The translations under genes were made by a program, and so were the position numbers. A DNA stretch of 64,000 bases from Veleropilina oligotropha (lineage: Eukaryota). The notes under the pieces are model-generated. The model saw only the letters and a program-made list of their open reading frames with translations, had not been told where the DNA came from and did not search any database. Location of the stretch: positions 620,001 to 684,000 of the forward strand of contig JBEUKZ010000010.1 in the NCBI GenBank assembly GCA_048128005.1, given 5' to 3'. The stretch's first letter is position 1; each line of letters begins with the position of its first letter. This document shows, one piece after another, positions 13,333 through 24,921 of this stretch.

Positions 13333-14257
13333 CAAGCTCTGCCAACCAAATGTCACCACCGATAACGTATTTATATTACTTTGGCTGAGCCCAGGAACAC
13401 CTTTCATGATACCAAATTATTTATTATCGAAAAGACGTGTCATCAAGGAACATGTATATGTTGTTTATATTTTATGTAGAGTTGTCGAAGTCAATCTTTC
13501 ATATTCTGTCACACCTTGTCGGTTCCGATGTGGCCATAATTGCTTTATATCACCGATATCGCTGTTCTGGCGGGCGCTTCCGAAATGTGCTATTAAATAC
13601 CGTGTAATATCTACAGTATTGATTTAGGCCAGAAGCGCTTTGACGTTATAGATTTCTCCTCCCGTCTTTTACTAATGGCTTTCTACTCAATATGTATAGC
13701 CTAATGTCCCAAGATTATATTATCCTTGTTACTCTCCTGCAGTATCAATACTGGCGTAATTAATGTACTCCGTCAAGAGTGAGCACAGAGGTCACGAGAG
13801 CGGCTCAATGTGCTCGGACCGACCGCTCGATCGATCGATCGACGATCGACCGTGGCGAATTTAGTGCTGGCATCAAAAATTCTGAATAACATTTGATTTC
13901 ATAATCCATGCATATTTGCTGTAAGTGGTGTTTAATAAGATATATTCCAGTTATAATTGACTTGAGGGTTAATAAGATGTGCTGAATGAAGAATTGAAAA
14001 GATGCTGTGTGCAATGTAGACAGCAAGAGCGCCTTGAAAATTTGTAGCAGACCCAACTAAATTAGAATAGATCTAATCGTATCCTCTACTATTGACGATT
14101 GTTGCATTTTTACAACGCTCTACCAGTCGAGATATCGAAGATATTTCAATGACAATCAAGTGAAATAAAGAGGCCATGCAGCTCCGCACATGGGGAACAG
14201 ATGCAATTTTGTATCTAAAAACATGTACTGTGGGGAAGTGCTAAGATCATATCACTC

Positions 14258-14475
14258 AATTAGCCTGAGTGTTCGTGATCATCATGAGCAGTGTGGGTTC
14301 GATTCCCAGTCGAAGACGCCACAGTCTTGTCCGACAATATAAGCCTGTTTTCAAGCTAATCTGTTCCATCACGTATTCCGAGCATTTGTTCCACCAATGT
14401 AGTCGACTGTGTGCCAAAAAATAATCTTTGATGTTAAAACAGCACAATAAATTAATTCAAATCAAATGAAATCTG
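14258..14475 (+). mobile_element. tRNA-derived SINE (diverged) with (AAATC)n-like tail
   Basis: B box GGGTTCGATTCCC (~14295) and tail GATGTTAAAACAGCAC...TTCAAATCAAATGAAATC. Confidence 0.5.
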
Positions 14476-14654
14476 ATGCCATAAAAATCTGTTGCCCATC
14501 CTAAATTGAATGGAGATGTTAAACATAGGTCCAGATTTAAATGGTAAAAGATTTAACTCTAAATAATGATTGAGGATTGTTTGGATCAACGGTTAATATC
14601 CTGTATATTTCCAACCTTCAGGTTCATTGGGCTCTGGACTTGTCCATTTTCTTC

Positions 14655-14836
14655 CAGGAGGAAAGAACTGTCACCCGAGGAAAACAATCATCAGACTCCA
14701 GTCAGTTACGGACAACTTTGATTGATTACTGAACAAAGGACATAGCCCCAATCGAGATTCAAACACACTTCTGTTAGTGTAAGCGAGCCAGTGATTTCAG
14801 AATGGACACTCGAGACTAAACGACTACCGGACTGGC
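14655..14836 (-). mobile_element. Old SINE copy related to the 18550/51486 family
   Basis: Shares GGAGGAAA...GGACAACT.TGATT...AGCCAGTGA.TT.AGA.TGGACACTC blocks with 18615-18784. Confidence 0.5.
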
Positions 14837-15197
14837 CAATTAATGAGTTTATGGCTATTGTTATGAAGTCTGAGTATTTCCAAATCCTTCTTTTGCAATT
14901 TCTGTTGATTTATGCACCAACACAGCTGTGTCAACAGCCCTGCACGATTTGTTGTTCCACCTAAAACGTTGAATAAGTAAGCGCTTTCCGATTCAGGACA
15001 AGACAATCACGATTACTTTATGACCTGAATTAAATGGGACTTTTAACACAAATCATTTCACTTGGCTTCCATTTGTTCCAGGAAGCAATCCATATGATAA
15101 ATTGTGTAATAAGCACTTTATTATGCAAATGACTTCGGTACATTTTCCACAAGTACAATTAAGCTTTCATTTATTGCTTTTAAAATGTATATAACAA

Positions 15198-16678
15198 TTT
15201 TTGTCTCGCCCCGAAGGGAAAGCGAGACTTAGGGATTACATTTTCCGGCGTCGTCGGCGGCGTCGTCGTCGTCGTCGGCGTCGTCGGCGTGTCATTTTCG
15301 GTTAAAGTTTTTCATTGCATGTGTATGGGTTGCTAAAGGCACTTTTATGCATACATATGCATTGGTAATGGTTATATGGACAACACCTGATACTCTGGAA
15401 CTGTTATTGAATGGAATTTTATATAAATAATGCATGAAATTGGTGTTTTTGGACATAGAAATTTTGGTTAAAGTTTTCGGTTAAAGTTTTTCATCAAGTG
15501 TATATGGCTTGCTCAAGGCACTTTTTGGCATATATAAGCTTTGTTATTGGTTGTATGGATGTCACCTGATACTCTGGCAGTGATATTGAATAAATTTTAA
15601 TATAATTAATGGAAATATAGTGGTCTTTTGGGACATAGAAATTTAAGCAAATTTTAGGTTAAAGTTTTCGGTTAAAGTTTTTCATCAAGTGTATATGGCT
15701 TGCTCAAGGCACTTTTTGGCATACATAAGCTTTGTTATTGGTTGTATGGATGTCACCTGATACTCTGGCAGTGATATTGAATAAATTTTAATATAATTAA
15801 TGGAAATATAGTGGTCTTTTGGGACATAGAAATTTAAGCACATTTTAGGTTAAAGTTTTCGGTTAAAGTTTTTCATCAAGTGTATATGGCTTGCTCAAGG
15901 CACTTTTTGGCATATATATGCTTTGTTATTGGTTGTATGGATGTCACCTGATACTCTGGCAGTGATATTGAATAAATTTTAATATAATTAATGGAAATAT
16001 AGTGGTCTTTTGGGACATAGAAATTTAAGCAAATTTTAGGTTAAAGTTTTCGGTTAAAGTTTTTCATCAAGTGTATATGGCTTGCTCAAGGCACTTTTTG
16101 GCATATATAAGCTTTGTTATTGGTTGTATGGATGTCACCTGATACTCTGGCAGTGATATTGAATAAATTTTAATATAATTAATGGAAATATAGTGGTCTT
16201 TTGGGACATAGAAATTTAAGCAAATTTTAGGTTAAAGTTTTCGGTTAAAGTTTTTCATCAAGTGTATATGGCTTGCTCAAGGCACTTTTTGGCATATATA
16301 TGCTTTGTTATTGGTTGTATGGATGTCACCTGATACTCTGGTAGTAATATGGAATAAATTTTATTATAATTAATGGAAATATGGTGTTCTTTTGGGACAT
16401 AGAAATTTAGGTGAACTTTAGGTTAAAGTTTTATGGTTAAAGTTTTTCATCAAGTGTATATGGCTTGCTCAGGGCACTTTTTGGCACATATATGCTTTGT
16501 TATTGGTTGTATGGATGTCATCTGATACTCTGCCAGTAACATGGAATAACATGGACGTCGGCGTCGTGTCATTTTCGGTTAAAGTTTTTTCAGTTAAAGT
16601 TTTTCATTGAATGGAATTTTCTGATACATTGATATATATATATTTAAAGGGCGAGACATATCGGACCGTGGTTCTTGT
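15198..16678 (-). mobile_element. HINE with ~6 tandem 191-bp units
   Basis: T-run plus hairpin GTCTCGC...GCGAGAC and a (CGT/CGG)n microsatellite. Subterminal IR TGTCTCGCCC (15202) pairs with GGGCGAGACA (16649). Unit starts at 15657, 15848, 16039 and 16230. Confidence 0.8.
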
Positions 16679-18549
16679 CTGTACTTCTATACTGTTGATA
16701 AATTGGGCTCGAGATACGAATTTCTTATAATAGTCATTTTCAATAAAGTATGTTGATTTTAGCTTCAGCTGTTAATATACTAGTACTCACTGTGAATACT
16801 GTCAACAAATCTGTGCCAATTTTATTTTGATTTGGCATAAAAATGTTTTATTCATGCTAAATTATTATAGAAATAGTTGGTTATTGGCAGAAGATAAACG
16901 TTTGTTTAGATTAGGACTTACGTATATATACGCATACATATGCAAAGGCTGCTTTATGTTAGCCACAGAATAACCACATCTGATGTACTGACTGTATTAT
17001 AAGGCTATTATACATTATAGTGTACATTATGTGGTTTGATTATATCAGTCCAGGTTGTCACGAAAGGTGACATTGACCAATAAATATGTTGTAGCCGTTT
17101 ATACTCTCTAGGTATCATATAGAAATACTGAAACAATCGCGAGTCTTTATTTTTATTACACGTTTCGAGCTCTTCATTACCCATGGTGCCGCTCCCCCAA
17201 TGGAAAATTACATTAACAAATGGATGGATAATAAAACAAGCACCACAACACGGTTGCATGCATATGGTGGGCGACACTTGATTTTGATCTATAACTGACA
17301 ACCAACTGGCCGTATGGGTGCCCACCTAAAAATCATAAAATGGTTGCCTAAAATGGGTACTGCCGCCATTTGATATTGATCTAGGACGAACAAACAGCCT
17401 GATGGTCAAAGTAGGTTTTGGAGGTGGTGTACACCTAAAATTGGTACCGGTAACAAATGTGGCCATTTCCTGATAATAAACCTAAGTTTATACATCCGAA
17501 AACCATTCTTTTTTGTATAACTTAACCAAATACTTGCTTCTGAAACTCACCATAGATGTGAATTTATCATCCGTAAACCATCTCGTAATATTGTTATTCA
17601 AAATCTTATTTATCGTGTAAAAACTTCTTTGCGAGTACCGAGCCATTGTGTAATATTCTTTGAGGAGGTTGGCACTTGTTCATGCGAATTGCGATTTATG
17701 TCTTTCAAAGGCAATTCCAAAGGCACGGACTGCACTGTAGCAAAGTAATCTCCCCGGATCACACAAAAGAAGAACGGAAATAAGTCGACTTAAGGTCGTG
17801 CAAATACATCTGTAATCGATAGGTGGGTGCAATTTGATTGTCATTACATACATCATGGGATCTTCTGAATCGCCTATATGAAAATCCATCGAATGTTGAT
17901 GAAATGCAATTGCATGTTACAAGAGAATCTTCTTTAATGAAATGGTCGTATTTACAAGATCACTTTATATCTCATGCATATTTATACATGATAGGATTAC
18001 AATTTACAGATCCAGTCATTGTGTAAACATGTTTTTGATGATAGTAGAAGTGAGGGTAGGCGCATATAAATGCCCAGCTAAATCTGATAGGTTTGTTCGA
18101 CACTGAAAGAAGGAGTTATCTGTCTGATCATCTTCCCTAACTAATCTTGCGGGAAATTGTCAAATAGTAACTGAAACAACGCATGGGTAATAACTTCACA
18201 TATCGGTATAATTATCGATTTGACCATGAGCCAGGTGGGGAGAGGGAGGAACCAGGGGATGAAGGGAGAGATGGCGAGGGAGCACTTTAAGGAATAACTG
18301 TTTTGGTGAATATAGGTGTACATTCTGAAGAGGATGATTTTGGTGAATGTAGGTGTACATTCTGAAGAGGATGGTTTTGATAATTACTGTGTTGGTTCCT
18401 GTGATCTACATGGAAAAGGAAAACATAAGAATACACTTAAGGTATATGAGTACAGAAATTCCTTTCCCATGATCTAACTGTACGTAGCTATCATTTAAAA
18501 CAAATTTTAAAGAAGGAAAATCAAATGCTCCATGTATGTAACAGTTAGA

Positions 18550-18812
18550 TGAGGAGGAATGATGCTTAATGTCCTGTATATTTACAACATCGAGGTTCAA
18601 GGCAGGACATGTCCGTGTTATCGCGGGAGGAAACCCTGGTCGCCCGGGTAAACCTGCCCTCTTCGGCCAGTCACGGACAACTGTGATTCATAACTTGAAC
18701 AAATTTCAATGCCTCAGCCAGGTATTGAACCCACTACTGTTCGCATTAGCGGAATCAAGCCAGTGAATTTAGAGTGGACACTCTTACCCACTGCGCTGCC
18801 GAAGCGGCCGGC
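18550..18812 (-). mobile_element. Young tRNA-derived SINE with 13-bp TSD TGTAACAGTTAGA
   Basis: TSD at 18537-18549 and 18813-18825. Near-identical to 51486-51746 on the opposite strand. A and B boxes present. Confidence 0.9.
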
Positions 18813-19359
18813 TGTAACAGTTAGAGAAGATAGAACTAATTGCATGATCTCAATATGATTTGAAAGACATAAAAATAAAGTTCTCATTGTTCAGTTTCAT
18901 ATTCTCTAAAGTTTAGATTTGTGAACAATTTCAAATGAACTTAGAACTGTAGATGAAGGTGTGTTGTAAGTTGATCTCAGGCTTCCCATTGGAAAAAAGC
19001 ATGGATATTTGAGCCGTTGATCTGTGTCTGCTCTGATAAATACGTGAGATGTTATTTGTGTTACTTCAATGTGGGTAAACAGGGCTGCATGTATATGACA
19101 ATAAATTCTCATACTGAATCCTTTCAGAATTTTCTCTCATCCATGCTGTTTATCTGCTTTCATAATGATTTATTGTCATACTTTAGTACCGGTACCTATA
19201 TTTTTGTTATAATGTGAACCGCATCGGATTCCTTAGTTGGACAATTGTAGTACAATATTTAGTATCTCGGTCATTAGCACATTCACCATATCACCAGATG
19301 CTACAACCTTGTTGACCTGATCTGAATGGTCCATGACTAGCTTCGGACATTGGACCAAG

Positions 19360-19525
19360 GGGGCTTCACCGGTAGCCGAGTGGATAAGAGTGTGGACTCT
19401 GACTTCAGTCACTTGACTGCGAGTACAGAGAGGCAATCTTTGTTCAGTTACCAGTCACATTTGTCTATGACTGGGCGGTGAAGGCGAGTTTTCCTGAGTG
19501 ACTGTGTTTTATTCCTCCCATGATA
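19360..19525 (+). mobile_element. Old SINE copy related to the 18550/51486 family
   Basis: A-box GGTAGCCGAGTGG, then AGAGTGTGGACTCTGA, TGTCTATGACTGG and TTCCTCCC blocks. Confidence 0.45.
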
Positions 19526-21264
19526 ATATGGGCATGATCTAGCTAGTATGATGATTGTTAAAGATTGGAACCATTGATCTAAACCGATCGAGAGCAATGG
19601 ACAGTAAACTTTATCGTGTATAGATAGGTGCTTGATTTTTCAGGGGGTGGGGGAACAGTTGCCTGTACATGGTAAATAATGTTCTTGCTTAGTGCAGGAG
19701 GAGACACGTAGTGTATGTATGTCTGCTCTGTTTATGACTTTAAACCATTGTCCAAATGATAACTAACTGGAAGGTGTTTAAAGTGGTCGAAAAAACAACA
19801 ATTGAATATCATGCATTTAACATGCCACCTCGTTTTTCTGTTTTTTTGTGAGTTTGTAAATTCCCTGAAATAGCCAATAAATCGACTTGTGAAAACCTAT
19901 TTAAACAAATCCCTCTGTTGCTTCAAACAAATTGTGGACAATCTAACGCTCAGAATTGGTTTCGCCACTCTGACTTAAACTAACGACATTTCTGTTGTCT
20001 GATTATTTTCGTCCTCTGCTCTCTTTGGTTTATAGATTATGATATTGACGAAGCAATTACGCGTGTTGGCACATCGTTATAGAGTCTACTGTTATTTCTA
20101 TTAATATGTCGACAGCTTCATTTGCAGAGCAAACATTGTGCACAATTAATTGTCATGGCTGCTTGTTTTTAATCAGATGTTTTGCATGGTGTCATAGAAT
20201 GAAAAGTTGATGAATCGATTTGTCAAAACAATGTGAAATTTTTACGCTACATTATTATCAAATTGCTATTTAATTGTGAAGCATCCATATTTAATAATTA
20301 AATCTTGCATATTACATTAATTTACCACATCTTTGCTATATAAATTAGTCCTTTATTCTTTAATTACCCTGCAACAGTTTTTTGGTAGATGAGGTATATA
20401 ATATTTTTAATTGTTATATAGTATATCTGCGATATATATCCACCTCTGGAGGTACGATACATGATGTAGGTACATCACAAATGGTTATAGTGAAGCACTT
20501 GTTGTCCATTATGCTGAGTTGGTCGCACAATATGTCGCAATCGACAGATGATAGTGACAATAATTTTGGTTTCCTAAATTAAGCAACACCTGCAATATCT
20601 GAGCAATTTTAGGTGGGCACCACCTCATGAAGTAACTCCGTCCATCTGGCTGTGACCCGTATGTCCATTCTCGACCAAAATCCGTTCTCAATCAACTATG
20701 CCTATCTTATGTAACTGTGTTGTGATTTTTGTGCGGGAACTGAAATTGTAGATTTAAAGACCTGCAGCTTTTTCACGTATTACCATTCTTAGGGATCTTT
20801 GATAGGCACATTATTTGTGCGTTATAGGCTATTGTAGCAATATTCTGCGGAAAATTCCTAATATATTCTTCATTTATCATATATTACTCCAGACGCTCAA
20901 TTTGCCATGTCCGCGGATCATCATAGTTAGTATTGTTTACGTAACATTTGTATTCATTTTATACCTTGTGGGGCTGGATTGAGTATCACACTATCACTAC
21001 ATTGATTATTATTTCTTTTGGCATCATTCATTTTCCTGTGGCATCAATCATTTCCCGTACAATTCACTATATTTGTTAGCATCTAAAATAAATATCAACA
21101 ATCAATGTTATTTCTACCTACACCTAATATATAATTTCCTTTTTGGCATTTTCAAACATTCATTTTATCATTTTCTCACTTTGAAAAGAATTAAGAATGT
21201 TTTGAATTTCTTTATTAACTATAACATAAATAGTAAATTTTAATATTCTATATTATGCATACAT

Positions 21265-21590
21265 CCGGAGGCTTCGCCAACGGATATTCTTTCACGTTTA
21301 TGGATAAACATATCCTTTTTGCTACAATATAATCATTTTCCTGGAGGCTACGCTGAAGGGGGAATTGGGTCAAGGTTTTTTCATGTTCCGGGCCCTTGAG
21401 GCTGCGCCGATAGGGCTTGTACTACCTGAAGCTTCGCTGATGGGAACACAATTGAATTCTATGGTCCATTGAAGCTGCGCTGAAATGACCATTCTCCTGG
21501 GGGCTTCGCTGAAGGGAAGAATTCTGGTTCCAGGCCCTTGACGCTGCGCAAATGGGGTCTGCAGTACCGGAGGCTTCGCCGATGGGAACA
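21265..21590. repeat. Diverged array of GC-rich mini-hairpins, ~36/72-bp period, core GGCT(T/G)CGC(C/T)GA
   Basis: Motif recurs at ~21265, 21340, 21390, 21425, 21463, 21496, 21532 and 21567. Confidence 0.65.
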
Positions 21591-21869
21591 TGTTAAAAAC
21601 TTCATCTTCAAACTGTGTGTGCAGACTCGTATCAGCCCCCAAGGCCAAATTTATAATGCATGATTTTATTATTAATTGTTTTATGGTTTATGTATTGCAT
21701 ATATATGTGTAGATTATCACATACATTTTGGTTTTACATACAGTGATTGTAAAATATATTCGTGAATTTCAGTACAATATAGTTGTTTTTCAAGTTGAGA
21801 TAGTGTTTGTTGTTCATAAAACTCCATATAACAACATTTAATGTACAAATTTGCCAACTGAAATCAAAT

Positions 21870-22324
21870 CATCATCATCAGAATCATCAACTCAAATTTC
21901 TAAATTAACTCATCTAACAACTAGCAACTCATCCAAATACTCCTCAAAAGAGACTGCTGCTGTACCCAAGGTAGCAGACTCATAAAAGAAAATGATTAGA
22001 CAGAGAGGCAGCCCAAAGGGTCTCAGATGACCTGACCCCATTAAGCTGCATAATCGCTTTGGTCTTATGTTGGATAACGACGAACCATCAGACGACCAAA
22101 GTGATCTTCCTGATAACATCATGCAGGATCTGCTGACTACGGAAGTGGCTGCTGTCTCTGACAAAGTTCGAAAGGCAACAGTAGCCAAAATTAAGCTTAT
22201 TCAGCAGACAAAAGATAAGCAACCACCATCTGCCGATGATCCAATGAAGGTCAATCATTCATTGGATCAGACGAAAGTAAAAATTAAATCAAGCAAAAAA
22301 CCTGTACTTCCACCACTCAAGTAG
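21870..22324 (+). pseudogene. Possible remnant of a LINE ORF1 C-terminus
   Basis: Low-complexity S/K/P-rich frame with PIKLHNRFGLM (NRF-type motif) ending KKPVLPPLK*. Interrupted upstream. No ORF2 seen. Confidence 0.3.
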
Positions 22325-24029
22325 TCAAGCACATTGTAACAATATAAATAAGTACATTCAAACTACCTGGCACCGTTGTTGGGATGGTTTTACAGGTCCC
22401 TATGCCGTGAAGAAGTTCAATTCCCAGTCTGGTCGACGACATTTTCAATACACTCACTCCTGATCGCTTAAAGGGGAGCCACCACCCGAGTGCATTCTTT
22501 GTGCTTCTAACATAACAGTCAAGTCTGCATTGATTTGACCCAATACGTCAAATATTAATTATTTAGTAATTTTTAAATTGATGTCATTTTTACTTTTTAA
22601 AGGAAGCTAACAATTTACAAACTCTTTTACTTTGCTAATCTGCTGGCAGAAAATTTATATCCAAATTTATATTTTTAAATCTATATTTCTAATGATTTAA
22701 CTGTGTCTCATTTGAAAAGTGATTACTGTTTCTAATATACCTTGTACTTTTAACCTTCCAAATTGCTCGACCCGATTATGACTGAAATATTGTCGGCGTT
22801 GTCGTTAAATTCAAATCAAATCAAATCAAACATTTATAGAAAAGTAAAATAAATATTTAAATGGAAATGCTTGTATACAATTAGATACAATGCAGAATGC
22901 ATTTTCAGTCATTTCTAGTGTAATAATATTGTCTCCAAGAATAGATAGTGTGTTTTGGTTTTGTTCTTCCGGTCAATGAGTTTTAGGCTTAAAAACAAAC
23001 TACATTCGTGACGGGAATCAAAACTGCTAAGAAAATTATTTAATACTTGCTTTCAGCTGTTTTCCTAGTGAAGTGGTTATTCATACACAATATTATGTAA
23101 GAACATACGTGCGGTCTATGAGTATTGACAAAAATTCTGTGCATATGCTTGATAATCCACAAATATATACATTCATGCGCCTACAGAAATTGTCATAAGA
23201 ATAGCTGTTTCTAAGTACAGAATGCTTGTTTTCTGCAAATTTGGGTTGTTTAGGGTTAGGTATATATTCTAATATTTCTATGGGCATTTAGAACCAATGC
23301 ATGCAACAGTGAAGCTAACATTCACGATTCACGATGGTTATAATGCGATCGTTAAAATGCATTGAAAAATAATCAATCATAGAAAAATGGATGCCGAATA
23401 TTCTGTAACTTCACTTATAGACATTGTAAACAAAGGTTATTTGTTCAAAATTGATAAACAATCGTGCAGTACGTATTTGCACAGGATATTGATCAACCAA
23501 TCAGATTCATTTCTTACTTATATACTTTATCACGGCCTTAAGTTTATACTATATTACCGTATGTAATAAATGACATGTTGCCAATGGCCTGAATATTTTA
23601 TTCTTAGCATATTTATAGCTAGAGTACTTGTATATCAAGTCCGTCAGTACGATTATACGATCAGTATGTTCATAGGTGATATATTCAGATGTATTGTGAC
23701 AAATATGCCATTCAGGATATGACAAGTTAGATTGATAAAAGGGTTTAATTATACCAAGATTGACACAGTTTTCAGAATAGTGTTCTAAGCTTGATTTAAA
23801 CAGCACCAAAATAAACTCGTTATATCAATATTTAGTTAACCCCATGCAAGCTTATTTATAGTTTAATCTAGCAAATCTGGGTTATCTCCTATACAGTATG
23901 GTAATTTATTTCCTTGTTTCGTCCATTCATTAAACTACACTTAGTTTGTTTAATTCACAATGGAAAATGACTACACTTTGAGTGAAATGGGACAGTTTAA
24001 TCTTCCCACGATGCAACCGAATTTGGATA

Positions 24030-24120
24030 TATAATAATAATAATATAATAATAATAAATCTTTATTTACAGAGGCAGTACAGTTAGCTTAGTTGCTAATC
24101 TTCCCTGAGTCCCTCTACTA
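24030..24120 (-). mobile_element. Possible 3' tail of an L2/CR1-type LINE
   Basis: The minus strand reads GGGACTCAGGGAAGATTAGC..GCTAACTG..AATAAAG followed by (ATT)n. Confidence 0.4.
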
Positions 24121-24312
24121 AAGAACTAATGTGGCAATAATCTAACTATATGTACAAAAGTGAAAAATTAATATATTTTAAAAAGATAAAAAGCAAGAAC
24201 ACCAAGAACATATGCAGGTTCTGTCAGTGTGTTTGCTTGGATTTTGTCTTCTCATGACATATATTGTACACTTTTGACAGGTACCTAGTATGCTCTCATT
24301 ATTGTACTTTAC

Positions 24313-24921
24313 TCCCAGTGTGGGGTGAGGATAAGTTCTCCCAGTGTGGGGTGAGCATTTATAAGTTCTCCCAGTGTGGGGTGAGCATTTATAAGTTCTC
24401 CCAGTGTGGGGTGAGCATTTATAAGTTCTCCCAGTGTGGGGTGAGGATAAGTTCTCCCAGTGTGGGGTGAGGATAAGTTCTCCCAGTGTGGGGTGGGGAG
24501 AAGTTCTCCCATTGTGGGGTGAGGATAAGTTCTACCAGTGTGGGGTGAGGATAAGTTCTCCCAGTGTGGGGTGGGGAGAAGTTCTCCCATTGTGGGGTGA
24601 GGATAAGTTCTACCAGTGTGGGGTGAGGATAAGTTCTCCCAGTGTGGGGTGGGGAGAAGTTCTCCCATTGTGGGGTGAGGATAAGTTCTCCCAGTGTGGG
24701 GTGAGGATAAGTTCTCCCAGTGTGGGGTGAGGATAAGTTCTCCCAGTGTGGGGTGAGGATAAGTTCTCCCAGTGTGGGGTGAGGATAAGTTCTCCCAGTG
24801 TGGGGTGAGGATAAGTTCTCCCAGTGTGGGGTGAGGATAAGTTCTCCCAGTGTGGGGTGAGGATAAGTTCTCCCAGTGTGGGGTGAGGATAAGCTCTCCC
24901 AGTGTGGGGTGAGGATAAGTT
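24313..24921. repeat. 26-bp minisatellite (CTCCCAGTGTGGGGTGAGGATAAGTT), ~23 copies, with 30-bp variants and a 78-bp higher-order block
   Basis: Direct tandem copies with no spacers. Confidence 0.95.

Noticed and set aside
12765..13388. 194-aa and 155-aa repeat ORFs
   Set aside because: By-products of a 39-bp minisatellite. No splice signals or domain evidence.
16961..17002. Possible second WW exon (TTAG|C CAC AGA ATA ACC ACA TCT)
   Set aside because: Lacks the second Trp and Pro of the WW domain, reaches a stop without a good donor, and has a weak acceptor.
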